A DNA stretch of 64,000 bases, taken from positions 226,114,001-226,178,000 of the forward strand of contig OZ024742.1 in assembly GCA_964016885.1 (NCBI GenBank), read 5' to 3'. The notes beneath the pieces were generated by a model, which was not told where the DNA came from, made no database searches, and worked only from the letters and a program-made list of their open reading frames with translations. Position numbers and translations under genes: made by a program. Positions 1 through 13,030 of this stretch are shown here, piece by piece; position 1 is the stretch's first letter, and every line of letters begins with the position of its first letter. The DNA comes from Eledone cirrhosa (lineage: Eukaryota).

Positions 1-594
1 TTGATATCAAAATGGAACATTTTTAGATACATATAAATACTTTAAAATAAACAGGTCTATATCCTTGAACCAGGGGCAGTTTCAGACAGCTTAGTGTTAA
101 ACGGGTTAATGGTAATGTTTAATAAATATAAATACTTTTAAAACAAACAAGTTTTATATCAAAGAACTATGAGGAGGGGGGTGGCATCAAAAGGGTTGAA
201 CAAAACAAAAACAAAAATAAAAAATAATAATCAACAAATATAAACAATAGAAACAAGTTTATTGTTTGAAAGTTGGGGATGTTTTTTTTTGTTTTTTTTT
301 TTTACCTGAGGCCTTATGAGATGTCTCCCCCCACCCCAAGAAGAGAGGTTGTGAATGAGTACTCTCTTCTGAAATATTCCAGCTAAAACTGTCGATCTAT
401 AGCTCACACATGAACAATTGAAATACCCAAGACAAATATAGTTGGTTTAGTTACAACAGTCATCATATACACACAGATTATCTAAGGTTTGCAGGGGAGC
501 TGGGCTGTGAAAAAAGGTCAAACAAGCTATTTTTTTTAATGTTCATTGCCAACAAAATGTTTTAAATAATTAATTGTAGTGATGACAGGTGAAA

Positions 595-860
595 TATGTT
601 ATATAGAGGTACATTATACCTGATATAGGTACATTATATCTAATATATAGGTACATTGTCTCTGATATACAGGTACGTTATATCTGATACAGGTATGGTA
701 TATCTGATATATGTGACACAGGTACTTTATATGTGATATAGGTGTACATTATATCTGATGTAAGTTCATTATATGTGACATATAGCGTACAATATATCTG
801 ACATATAGAGTACTTTATATCTGATATAGGGATATAGGTACATAAGTACATTATATCAGA
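595..860. repeat. Degenerate ~22-24-bp tandem repeat (atataggtacattatatctg)
   Basis: About 11 imperfect copies visible. Confidence 0.8.
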
Positions 861-1345
861 AAAAAGATGAGTGGTTTAATCAGATGCAGTGAAAAAAAAA
901 AAATTCTACTGTAATTCTATTGCCTTTTATTATTTTTTCCTGTTTTTGTTATGATTTTTTCTTTAATAGGTGTAAAAAATATGTGTAGAAGTATTTTAAT
1001 GATTTTTTAAAATGCATCCACTAAAATTGATTTCATGATGATTAAATTCAGTGGAAGTATCTGTCAACTGACTTGAAGAAATGAGCAAATTAAAACAGTA
1101 TTATTATTCCCTGAAGAAAAAAAAAATGAAGTGTAATTTTTTTTTTGTATTTTTTGCTAAATATTATTATTTTTATTATTGTTATTATAATTATAATTAT
1201 TATATCGTTGATATAAGTTAAGATGAGATCTGGTTTTTGAAACATTAATAATAAATGGTGAATGAACGAACGAACATTGTTTTTCCTTCTTCCAACAAGG
1301 AGATCACATAATGGAATTAGGAATTTTAAAATGACGACACTGGAT

Positions 1346-1382
<37 letters not shown>

Positions 1383-3313
1383 TGTAGTAGTAGTAGTGAT
1401 AATCCAGTGTGGTCCGATATCCAGTTGAGTTACCTAGTTATGTATTATAAGCGAGCAAGCAACCGGCTGGCTAACCTACCAGCCCTTCTCCATGTAATTC
1501 ATCATTAATGACCCCTCCCCCCCTCCTCACACACACGCACACACCAAGAACAAATTTGTTCTAGGTTCAATACCCTTCACTGCCAAAGGCAAGAATTAAC
1601 AGCCCTAAGCCTGCTTAGTAAGTAAACTAAGGAAATGAATTGAAAAGAGAGACCAGCAATATAAGAATTCTGGTATAAAATGTTTCCCACAAATGTGAAA
1701 TTAGAGTTAACACAAAGAAAAATGTAAAAGAAAGGAGCCAATTATTTTTTCCATTGCTGTGATATCTGTCAGTCCTGGCATGTGGTGAGATTTGAACTCA
1801 ATACACAGAGCTGGATGAGATACAACAAAGCATCCTACTCAACTCTAATAATTCTGCCAATCCACTTTTCCATGACTGATACTTTATTGACCCCAAATGA
1901 GTGAAAAGCAAAGTTGACCTCAGTGGGATTTGAACTCAGTGAAAGAGAGCTGGAACAAATACCAACAATGCCAAATTCACCACTTTTATTGAATAAAATT
2001 GTTGCTGCAAAACCCATGTGTATTCATATTATTGTTGTTATTATTAATGAAGGTGAAACATTTCCAACAAACGTATACACACCATATTTACAGGGATTAT
2101 AATTTTAACCATTATAGCACTGCCAGGCCAATATATCAGACTCGATAACATAGCCAAAAACACTACATAGGTGATACATATCAGACTAAAAATGTAATGT
2201 TTTTCCTATCTAAAAAAATTAACCTCTACCGGAGTAGCCAGTTAGTATTGGTCAAGAGAGAGAGAAATGACCAATATATATATATATATATATATATATA
2301 CTGGTCACTTTAGTAGAGGTTGTTAAAAAACAGTAGCCAGTATGTACTGGTCAAGAGAGACCAATATATATATATATATACTGGCCAACTCGAGAAGTTA
2401 TCTTTGTTGAACAAAAGACAAGACCCATCCTGAAATTGATGGGCTTTGATGAATCCCTTGTGCTATAAATTAGCCACAGGGGGACATAGAACAAGATATA
2501 TATTTTCTGCCCATATTGGAAATATACACAAACAAATGAAATAATGGTTGGAGTCCCAGAATGGGAGTCTGTAGAAATATTTATATAAATGCTATTTTGA
2601 TTTTGATAAGTAGCCTATAGTGTTTCTTTTGTTTTTTTTGCTAAATGATTTAATTTAAGACTTAAGTTCAAATTAATGATTGACAATAATAAACAGGATT
2701 GGTGATTAGCTTCCTCCTCCTCCATGATTAGTAATAATTAGAGCCAAGCAGGATTATTATTATTATTATTATTATTATTATTTCTTTCATAGTTTTTACT
2801 GCATCACCAACTGCACAACCATATTCCTGCGGTGGGTGCAGTATTATGTTCTTATTTGTGAGAGTAATGGTGGTGGTAGGAGTATAAACTCCTTCTGTTA
2901 GTGTACTGTATCAATCCTGATTAGTTATAGGCGTTTTGATGGTTGTTTCTGATGTTATTTTACCGTCTGTTCTATTAGGTATGCTATATGTAATGTGAGT
3001 TGTATTATTTTATTGGGTATTAAATTTTATAGAGAATATGCTGTGTGAGTTATGTTGTTTTATTTTATTAGGTGCATATTGTACAGGATGTGTATTGAGT
3101 GTGACGATTGTTCTGTTTGATCTGTGCTATTGAATCAATAATGTCTTGCACAAAATGTGGGCTGTTCTTAGCAGAACTATTTTGGCATTGTGAGCCCTAG
3201 TGTGGCTTCTATGTATTTGTTCATGTCTTTTTATCATACCTAGCAGTTAACATATGTTGGCCAATAACTATAACAATTATAGAATTCTTCAGCACAAAGC
3301 TTCTCATTAAAAG

Positions 3314-3378
<65 letters not shown>

Positions 3379-3382
<4 letters not shown>

Positions 3383-4022
3383 TGCTAATTTACCAAAATT
3401 GTTTAGTTGCTAAAATAATTAAAACTTAGTTTGTTAAAATTACCTACTTTGATTTTTACTACAAACTTTGTAAATGCAATATACATATATATATATATTT
3501 ATATGCATATATATAAAAAAGAAGTTGAAAATGCAATTGGAGTATTTAAGAAGATTTATTTACAATAACTTTACTGGTTTCACAGTTTTATGATTTTCAA
3601 AAGTTAAGTGAGATGGTCTGACGGGATGGGAAATTTCTTTCCCGTTTATGCCAAAAAGTGACTTAGATTAAAGTATAATTTGATTGGTTGTAGATGATCA
3701 CGTGATTGGTTATAGAGTTTTATTGTAGCTTTTGTGCCAAAAATTGATGACCACGTGATTAGGAATAGAATTTTGTAGTTTTTGCACCCCAAAAGTTGGC
3801 GGTGTCATGGTTCAGTGAACATGGCTAGTGACAACCCCAAAAGGAATTCATGTCTATTTCGGTGTGTTAACTAGCGAAGTCTATAGAATGGTTTGTGACA
3901 ATATGTACATATAATATGCATATGCATTTACAAAGTTTGTAATAAAGATCAAAGCAAGTAATTTTAACAAACTAAGTTTTAATCATTTTAACGGTTAAAC
4001 AATTTTGGTAAATTAGCAATGT
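3379..4022. mobile_element. Fold-back element (100-bp inverted arms) with a Penelope-like interior
   Basis: 3379-3478 is an imperfect reverse complement of 3923-4022. Flanks are (TA)n/(TG)n. A hammerhead relic lies at 3566-3606(-). Confidence 0.7.
3566..3606 (-). ncRNA. Degenerate type I hammerhead ribozyme
   Basis: taactt-TTGAAAA-...-GAAA-CCAG-TA-aagtta. Stem I is 6 bp and the site is GUA, but the core has two substitutions relative to CUGAAGA. Confidence 0.45.
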
Positions 4023-4213
4023 ATGTGTGTGTGTGTATATAGTATGAGTGGTAACTGTAATGTGGTGGAAGGGATTTAGTAGTAGTGACTATACTGTGGT
4101 GATTATAGTTTTTAAATGAGAGAAAAATGACTGCATTATTATTACATAAAATAATCTCTAACGTCATGGGGTAGAGGGTAAGGGTTGTTTATTATTATTA
4201 TTATTATTATTAT

Positions 4214-4245
<32 letters not shown>

Positions 4246-4428
4246 AACACAGGAGGCAGGATCATTCACTGCAAAAATATCTTCAAAAGAAAAATAAAGA
4301 AACAAAAAATAACAAATTTTCTTCTTTTGAGACTCAGTGTGTGTGTGTGCGTGAGCACATAAAACAAAGATACTGAGTCACACATGTATATATATAAAAG
4401 TATATAGTATGTATATGCATGTATAAAG

Positions 4429-4459
<31 letters not shown>

Positions 4460-5571
4460 ACACGCTGTTTATTCACAGGCACCAAATACAAGGTTTCAAA
4501 AGAACAAAAAATAAAAATTAAAGAACAAAAGGAAATTTTTTTTTTTTTCAAGTATGAATTTTGGAAGACGGAAACTACAAAGACCCGTCGTGTATATGTG
4601 TGATTGTATATGTCTGAGTTTATATTTGTATCTGTTTGTGTTTGTGTCATAACTTAGTGGTTAAAAAAAAAAGAGATCAATAAAATAATTACCAGATTTG
4701 AAAAAATATGTACTGGGGTCAATATGATTGATTAAGTCCCTTTATGGCAGCACACAATGACTGCAATCTAATAACTGAAACCAGTAAAAGAATAAACAAA
4801 ATGAACACAAAATAAATTTTTTAGGAGGGGGATGAAGTTCGTTGGCTGATGGAAGGTAGCTGGCCTCTATAGAGATGAAGGTAGCTGGCCTTTACAGAGA
4901 TGATGGGCTGCTGAATGGTAGTGATAGTGGTGTTGTCAGTAAGAGTTAGAACATTGTTGTTGTTGTGTGGTAGGTACAAGGAGGAGGAGGAGATACAATG
5001 AGAAGATGAAGGAGAAGGAAATAAAGGAGGAGGCAAAAGAGATGTTGTGTCACCAATTCCTTTGGAAAAGAAAACCTGGTGCTACCAACCAGTTAGTTCC
5101 AGCAACAGAAGTCCTGCTTGTCTTCAAGTAGCGGTCAGTAGTCACAGCAGCAGTGCAAACTGACCACTTAATTCTTCTTCTTATTATTATTATTAATTAT
5201 TATCGTTATTATTATTAGACACAAGGCTAGCAATTGTTTTTTCTTAGGAAAGGTATATAAGTCGATTACAATGACCCCAGTACCTGACTGGTAATTTATT
5301 TTATCAACCCTGGAAAGATGAGACGCAAAGTTAATCCTGCCATAGTCAACTTCACCTTTCATCCTTCTGAAGTTAACAAAATAAAGTACCAGTGAAGAAA
5401 TTGCTGGCCTTGTGCCTACATTAAAAACCATTATTTTTACTATTATTATAATTATCATTATCAATTAAAATTAACATTATTATTATCGTTATCAGTATCA
5501 TAATTATTATTATCAGTATATTATTAGGCACAACTGGGACAGTTCAACTAAATAAAAGCAACCAGAAAGAC

Positions 5572-5852
5572 TTAGGTCTCTTCCTCTGCCTCCTCCTCTT
5601 CATCCTCCTCATCCTCTTCCTCATCATCTTCTTCGTCGTCTTCATCTTCCTCATCATCTTCTTCGTCTTCCTCATCCTCTTCGTCCTCATCGTCATCATC
5701 TTCGTGGTACATTAGATTGGAGTTCTGCATGTCTGTACTGTTCTGCAACCCGTCGTCTTTCTTCTTTTTCGACGTGGACACGGTTAAGTCAAGTGGAGCG
5801 TCTCCAAGACGTTTTGTTGGTTTCTTAAACATTTTGTCTTCTCCAACCAATT
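5572..5852 (-). CDS. KIAA1143: Terminal coding exon 3 of KIAA1143-like gene (ELVGEDKMFKKPTKRLGDAPLDLTVSTSKKKK...QNSNLMYHE + D/E tract, TAA)
   Basis: Acceptor tttgtttgtag, phase 1 (G|AA = Glu). FKKPTKR, STSKKKK and NSNLM-acidic resemble the recalled KIAA1143 motifs YRKPVK, ASSKKKK and NSSLLSF-acidic. The spliced CDS is 486 nt (161 aa + stop). Confidence 0.8.
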
Positions 5853-5904
5853 CTACAAACAAAGCAAAACAACAAACATTAACAGAAACAAATATGAAAG
5901 CATA

Positions 5905-6250
5905 TAAATGGAGGCACATGGCTTAGTGGTTAGGGCATTGGCCTTGCAATCGAAAAGTTGTGAGTTCAATTCTCAGACCGGGTGATGTGTTGTTTCCTTG
6001 AGCAAGACACTTTATTTCACATTGCTCTAGTTTACTCAGCTGTAGAAATGAGATGATAGGGACTGGGGTCCATATCATTCCACTGCAAAGTGGTCGTGGA
6101 GGTGCCACGGCAAAAAAGCACCCAGCACTCACTGTAAATGAGGTTGGTGTTAGGAAGGGCATCCAGCTGTAGAAATCAAGCCAGCATCAGTTCCCGTCCC
6201 ACCCTTGCAAGCAGGGAAAAAGCGGACGTAAAATGAAATGATGATGATAT
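5905..6250 (+). mobile_element. tRNA-derived SINE with RTE-type (GAT)n tail
   Basis: A box tggcttagtgg, B box gagttcaattc, core cacccagcactc...gttaggaagggcatccagc, tail cggacgtaaaatga(tga)n. Confidence 0.75.
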
Positions 6251-6442
6251 AATGGTTTCTGATTTAGGCACAAAACCAACAACTTTTGGGGGAGGGAAAA
6301 ACCGATTAAATCGACCCCAGTACATTGCTGGTACTTTATTTTATCGACCCTGTATGGATGAAAGGCAAAGCTAATAATAAACACGTATGAAAATGGGCAT
6401 CTCCGTAAAATCTATACAAGCGATAGCTTATTTTGCCTTAGC

Positions 6443-6493
6443 AAATATCACTGAAGATGGATAAAAATATTGAAACACTAGTGTTTGGTATTT
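6443..6493 (+). ncRNA. Minimal type I hammerhead ribozyme motif
   Basis: aaatatca-CTGAAGA-tg gata aaaa tatt-GAAA-cac ta gtg-TT-tggtattt. Stem I is 8 bp (one G·U), stem III is palindromic (acactagtgt), and stem II is weak. Confidence 0.6.
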
Positions 6494-6759
6494 TCACCTA
6501 GTTACTGAGGGAGCTGTCTGTGACATGATCACAACTTAAAATATAATAGAGGTGTATATGTTAATGCTACTGCCAACGTATGTATTAGTTTAGAAATTTT
6601 GAAAGTTTGTTAGTTTATTGTAAGCTGCTACAATGTTTTCAAAAAAATTACTCAAACAAGTTGGGTGTATAAATCTTTATAGACAGGAAAATGTGAACAT
6701 AGTCTCCAATGCAACCATCCAACATATTAGTATAGTTTATATAAAGCATTGTGAGATAT

Positions 6760-7300
6760 GTTGTATGTTTTGTTGGGTTCTTAACCTTTTAGTTATATTT
6801 CCAATGAAAGAGACTGCCTATGATTTTCAGAATAATCAGGAATTTAGAGAGATTTAGTAATATAACTATTTTTTTTATTATTAAGCTTGTGTTTTGAACA
6901 TAATTTAACAAAGGTTCATACAGAAAATTATGATGGAAACTTTTCAAAGAGATGATAATTTGTCTAATGCTGGTGTTATGATAAAATGCACTCAGTAGAA
7001 TGTATGTAAGCAAGATGCAGCCCACTGGTTTGTATGAACACTTGAAAGAGGGTGCGAATGTATGTAAGGAAGATGCAGGACTCCAGCCCATTTAAATTCT
7101 GTTTGTGTACCAGACCCATCCAACCCTTGCTAGTAGGAAAAGCAGATGTTAAATGAGAAGGATGATGATGATAAACAGTTTTGTATCATAGAACTAGGAG
7201 CAGTTTTAAGGGGTTTGGTATCAAAAGTATTAACACTATCTTTGCTAACCAATTCTACAAAAAAACCAATGCATAAAGGAAACATTTACAGCAGATGTGA
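6760..7300 (-). pseudogene. Decayed duplicate of the exon-3 acceptor and 5' end, interrupted by a TTAA MITE
   Basis: Removing one TTAA copy plus the insert (6785-7233) restores tttgtag|AA TTG GTT AGC AAA GAT AGT GTT AAG AAC CCA ACA AAA (ELVSKDSVKNPTK), versus ELVGEDKMFKKPTK in the real exon. The upstream intronic flank is also similar. Confidence 0.75.
6785..7229. mobile_element. piggyBac-type non-autonomous element with a nested SINE fragment
   Basis: TTAA at 6781-6784 and 7230-7233; ends ccttttag...aaaagta. Same family at 1-110, ~10490-10660, 14613-14816, ~18980-19220 and ~30725-30950. Confidence 0.7.
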
Positions 7301-7599
7301 ATTGCATTAAACTGAATGGCTGCTGTACTTAAACCAGTTTATACATGTCACTACCCTAACCCTATATATCTGTACAAAAGTGTCTAGCTCACCACCACCA
7401 TCACACTCCATTTTGTTTTACTTTTGAAAAAAGAAGTTTTAACCCCAAAATATCAATATATGGTAAAATTGTAAACTATGTGTCACAACAGCAGCCTTGT
7501 GGCTCAATTTGGAGTAAAGAGCTCAATAAATTGATGAATGAATAAAAATGTTATACATAAAATGAAATACAGAGACAAAAATCATACACTAGAAAGAAG

Positions 7600-8181
7600 C
7601 AACTTTAGCAGCACAAAACTGATGGTCCAAGTTATGAAAGTGACAGAAAAAGTTTTAGCACAACTAATTAGGGAAAGGGTAAAATTAGATAAGATGACCT
7701 CAACAAGTTCTTAGTTAAATGTGTAAGCCACTATCTCTGGTTTTTGTTGATCTAGAGAAGACCTTTGGCAGAGTACTACGATCTGTTGTCTGGTGGTCCT
7801 TAAACAAATTGGGAGTAGAAGAATTGCTTGTGACAGCAGCTGTCCTTTGGAACTTCTGTATGCTGACAACCTGGTTCTCATAGCTGAATCTGTGAAAGAA
7901 ATTCTGGCTTTGGAAACAGATTTAAGTATCAAAAGGACTTAGAGTAATCTTGGGTAAAACCAATTATTCATAAATAGGAAGAAAAGAGGATCTTGATCCC
8001 ATCAGGGAAGTGGCCTTGTTTAGTATGTAGAAAAGGAGTAGGTAGAAACTCTATACAGTGTATACAATGTAAATCTTGGGTTCATATGCAGTGTAGTGGA
8101 ATAGCAGGTAAACTAACAGAAAAGATAGACTTTGTATGTGGCAGATGCACAGGGATAGTTAGTAGTAGGAGCATCAGTGAA

Positions 8182-8214
<33 letters not shown>

Positions 8215-9212
8215 TAGATAGAAAACAGAGCCCAGATCCCCTCAGGGAAATGGCCTTGCTCAGTATGTAGGAAAGGTGTAGGTAGGAACTCCATCCTCTG
8301 CCCCAAATACAAACAATGAGTACACAAGAGATGTAGTGGGATCTCAGGAAGTTTAGCTAAGAATATAGGCTTTACATGTAGCAGCTGCACTGGGACAGCA
8401 AGCAGCAAACAGCCACAGTAAACAAGCACCACCAATCTCTGGGATGGCTCTGTAGAAACAGTAGACAGCTTTTGCTACCTAGGTGACCGAATTAGCAGTG
8501 AAGATGGGTGTTCGGAAAGTACAGTAGCCAGGGTAAGAATGGGATGGAAGAAGTTCAGGGAGCTACTGCCACTGCTAGCTGCAAAAGGCTTTTCCCTCAA
8601 AATGAAAGGCAGACTGTATGATGCATGCATATGAACAGCAATGTTATATCGTAGTGAGATCTGGGCGTTGTGTTTAGAAGACTTGCGTAAATTAGAAAGA
8701 AACGAAGCTTGCATGCTCCGATGGATGTGTAATAGTAATATACGCGAACAGCAAAGTATAAACAAATTGAGAGAGAGACTGAGCATAAGAGGAATCAAAT
8801 GCTGTGTGCAGTAGAGGAAGTTGCGTTGGTATGGACATGTGATGTGTATGAAGGACAGCTGCATAAAAAGGTGCAGAGCACTAGAAGTCAATGGAAGCTG
8901 TGGAATTGAGAGACCGAAGAAGACCTGGGATGAGGTGATAAAAGTCGACCTTACCCAATTGTACCTCTCAAAGGTGATGACACAGGACCGTGACCTCTGG
9001 TGTCACGCAGTAATACAGAAAACCCAACTTCATACAGATACTCACTATAAATGAGGTTGGTGTTAGGAAGGGCATCTAGCTCTAGATATCAAGCCACAAT
9101 CAGTTCCCGTATGAGCAGGACAAAGTCAGCCGACCGGGCACTGCCCACAACAGGTCAACCCGTCTAACCCATGATAGCATGGAAGAATGAACGTAAAACG
9201 GTGATGATGATA
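7600..9212 (+). mobile_element. Degenerate RTE LINE fragments (RT, two PHD-like segments, 3' end with SINE-type tail)
   Basis: LYADNLVLIAES, KWPC..C..C..WVH..C, RWYGHVM and RPKKTW motifs, with stops and frameshifts. Tail cccatgatagcatgga...gatgatga. Confidence 0.85.
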
Positions 9213-9561
9213 GATAGATATAGATACTGTTTTAAAACCATTTCTCTTCTTTTAGAAGGGATAAACCTTGAAAGTCCCATGATAGATTTCATACTCACCA
9301 TGGAGTCCTTTTTAAGGCAATGTTTTATAGCTGAATGCCTTTCCTGGTGGCAACCCATTAATCACTTTTTATAACACACAGGGATGCGTGTGTATATGTG
9401 TGTTTACATCTACACTGGTGTTTGTTCATATGTCCCACAAATTACAGTTTCATGGGATGAATAGAAATTTATGAAATAAGTTGATCAGACTGACTAAAGC
9501 CCTTCAAGACAGTGTCCCAGTACCATCATACTAGTGACTGAAACCAGTAAATATAACATAC

Positions 9562-9655
9562 CTTCATTTTTGTCTTTTGTTTTATTAGCTTCATCTTTTT
9601 TACACTGGTCGTCTTTTTTCACATCTTTTTCTCCAGAATCCTCCTTCCTGTCACC
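9562..9655 (-). CDS. KIAA1143: Exon 2 of KIAA1143-like gene (GDRKEDSGEKDVKKDDQCKKDEANKTKDKNE-)
   Basis: Acceptor ttgtaattttcag, donor G|GTATGT, 94 nt. Phase 0 in and phase 1 out match exons 1 and 3. The peptide is open and charged. Confidence 0.7.
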
Positions 9656-11382
9656 CTGAAAATTACAAAGACACGAATATATATATATATATTATACATA
9701 TATATAGGGTTAGGGTAAGATTTATATATAGTTATTCTGTCACAGAAATAACCTTTTTTTGTTTTTCACATTAAAAATAGACTTAATGAAATATCCAAAA
9801 CATTTCAACTACAACAACAAAGGAATGGCTGTGTAGTTAAAGAGTTTGCTTTATAATCACAGTTCCATAAAAAGAGATCAATAAAATAAAGTACCAAACT
9901 CGAAAAAAATAAATACTGGAGGGGAGGGGATATGTTTAACTAAATCCCTTTAAAGGAGTGCCCCAGCAGGGCAACAGTCAAATGACTGAAACCAGTAGAA
10001 GAATAAAATAAATAAATACAAGCACAAGAACCTAGACATTGTGGCTATTTCTAAAGAAATGCCAAGTGGTTAAGGAGTTCACTTCACAACTATGTTGTTC
10101 TGAGTTCAGTCTCACAGCATAGCCTTGGGTATAGATGGAAACTGCAGAAGTCCATTATAGGTTATGTGTATCCCCATTTCTAGAATAGGTACACCATATC
10201 CTTGCATATCCTAAGAGGCAAATAAAAGAGTTGATATTAACAAGGGCATCTAGCTATAAAACATTGTCTCAAAACATCCCATCCATGTCAGCATAGAAAA
10301 ATGGATGTAAAAGCGAAGATAATGAAATGATAATGATATATCTATGTATATGTGTGTATCGATGTCTATGTTTACATTTGAGTCTGTGTCTGTATTTATG
10401 TCTCGTAACATAAATGTTTGATAAAAATATTGATTGATAAAATAAGTACCAAACTTGAAAAAAATAAGTATTAGGGTTGTTATGATCAAATAATTTTATG
10501 TAAGATCCTTTGTTGTTATATTCTAGATACTAGATTAATAAGGAGGAAGTTAGTCAAGTTAGAATATTACTAAATTCCACCAAATTCTTTATTCATTTCA
10601 AAATTATTTGAAAATCATAAGCAGTGTCTTTCATTAGAAATATGGTAATGAAAAGGTTAAAGTGAAGAAGATGGTTATTAATGTAGTAAATAGGATTAAT
10701 CTAGTCATTTTGCTCCTAATACAGGATTATTTCAGACAAAAATATACACATCTTTATATTTATATAGCCTTAATACAGATGAAATAACGGTAGGCCTTAC
10801 TTGGCAGACACATCTAATCCATTTAAACCATGTAAAGCTTGGGAAAACAAACATGAAAAGAAATTAAGATAATGAATGTAGTTCCAACTGTCCTTCTTCC
10901 TCTCCTCCATCCTATCACTTTGTCCATCCCCATTCATATTCATATTCTCTCTTCATTTAACTTCTTGACCATCATTCCCCTTCAAATCACACTCTCAGCT
11001 ACATTTGCTTTAACAGAACAGTGACAATGTAGAATGTAAAGGGCTCTTTAGCTGAGCAGGGGACAGGGCAACCTCTCTAGTGCTTGTGCCACAATAGAAT
11101 GCTCCCAGTACACTCTGTAAAGTGGTTATTAATCAAACAACATAGTGTAGCAAGGATTTTTCAGGCTTGTTGAAGACTCAAGGACATGACAACCTCCCTA
11201 GTGTCAGTGTCACAATAAAATATACCCACCACACTCTGTAGAGCAATTTAAAATCAAAGAGAGACAACATAGAGCAAACTTTTAGAGTGTCAAAAACATG
11301 ACAACCATTAGTGTTGCTGTCGTAATAAAATGCACCTTGTCCACTCTGTAAAGTAGTTGGTGTTAGAAAGGACATGTGAATA

Positions 11383-13030
11383 TTATAGATAATATACATA
11401 CATATCCACTATCATAGAAAATATACATATCTGTTGTTATAGATAATATACACACATATCCACTGTTATAGATAATATACATACATATCCACTGTTACAG
11501 ATAATATACATACATATCCACTGTTATAGATAATATACACACATATCCACTGTTACAGATAATATACACACGTATCCACTGTTATAGATAATATACACAC
11601 ATATCCACTGTTATAGATAATATACACACATATCCACTGTTATAGATAATATACACACATATCCACTGTTATAGATAATATACACACATATCCACTGTTA
11701 CAGATAATATACACACGTATCCACTGTTATAGATAATATACACACGTATCCACTGTTATAGATAATATACACACGTATCCACTGTTATAGATAATATACA
11801 TATATATCCACTGTTATAGATAATATACACACATATCCACTGTTATAGATAATATACACACATATCCACTGTTACAGATAATATACACACGTATCCACTG
11901 TTATAGATAATATACATACATATCCACTGTTATAGATAATATACATACATACCTGTTGTTATAGATAATATACACACGTATCCACTGTTATAGATAATAT
12001 ACATACATATCCACTGTTATAGATAATATACATACATATCCACTGTTATAGATAATATACATACATATCCACTGTTATAGATAATATACACACATATCCA
12101 CTGTTATAGATAATATACACACATATTCACTGTTATAGATAATATACATACATATCCACTGTTATAGATAATATACACACATATCCACTGTTACAGATAA
12201 TATACACACGTATCCACTGTTATAGATAATATACATACATATCCACTGTTACAGATAATATACATACATACCTGTTGTTATAGATAATATACACATATAT
12301 CCACTGATATAGATAATATACACACATATCCACTGTTATAGATAATATACACACATATCCACTGTTATAGATAATATACATACATATCCACTGTTATAGA
12401 TAATATACACACATATCCACTGTTATAGATAATATACACACGTATCCACTGTTATAGATAATATACACACGTATCCACTGTTATAGATAATATACATACA
12501 TATCCACTGTTATAGATAATATACACACATATCCACTGATATAGATAATATACACACATATCCACTGTTATAGATAATATACACACATATCTGTTGTTAT
12601 AGATAATATACATACATATCCACTGTTATAGATAATATACACACATATCCACTGTTATAGATAATATTTGTTTCTACTTTAGGCACAAGGCCAGCAATTA
12701 CCCAGTGCATTACTGGTACTTTATTTTATCGACCCCGTAAGGATGAAAGGCAAAGTCAACCTCGGCGGGATTTGAACTCAGATCGTAAAGGGACATAACT
12801 ATGCTGGAAAGCATGGCGTCCGACCCTCTACCGATACTGCCAATCCACATACACACATATCTGTTGTTATAGATAATATACATACATATCCACTGATATA
12901 GATAATATACATACATATCCACTGTTATAGATAATATACACACATATCCACTGATATAGATAATATACACACATATCCAGTTATAGATAATATACACACA
13001 TATATGTTGTTATATATAATATACATATAT
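11383..13030. repeat. 29-bp minisatellite (acatatccactgttatagataatatacac), ~50 units, interrupted by a SINE
   Basis: The ccactgtt motif recurs every 29 nt. A SINE is inserted at ~12666-12847. Confidence 0.95.
12666..12847 (-). mobile_element. Young tRNA-derived SINE with (ATT)n tail
   Basis: gattggcagtatcggtagag...gagttcaaatcccgccgagg...gcctttcatccttacggggtcgataaaataaagtaccag. Near-identical copies at 19515-19707, 21045-21222, 29985-30418 (two), 50078-50457 (two) and 63537-63728. Confidence 0.9.

Noticed and set aside
4821-5167. Pro/Ser-rich ORF as a further coding exon
   Set aside because: It lies downstream of the TAA at 5572, has no ATG or convincing splice link, and has stops in all frames upstream; more likely 3' UTR.
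5780-5800. PLDLT as a CtBP-binding PxDLS-like motif
   Set aside because: A short motif in a variable region of a KIAA1143-like protein; there is no conservation evidence available here.
5853-5919. N-terminal part of supplied ORF 5572..5919 (MCLHLYAF...)
   Set aside because: This is intronic polypyrimidine tract upstream of the tag acceptor at 5853-5855.
11383-13030. 29-bp repeat as a CRISPR array
   Set aside because: Head-to-tail units with no unique spacers.
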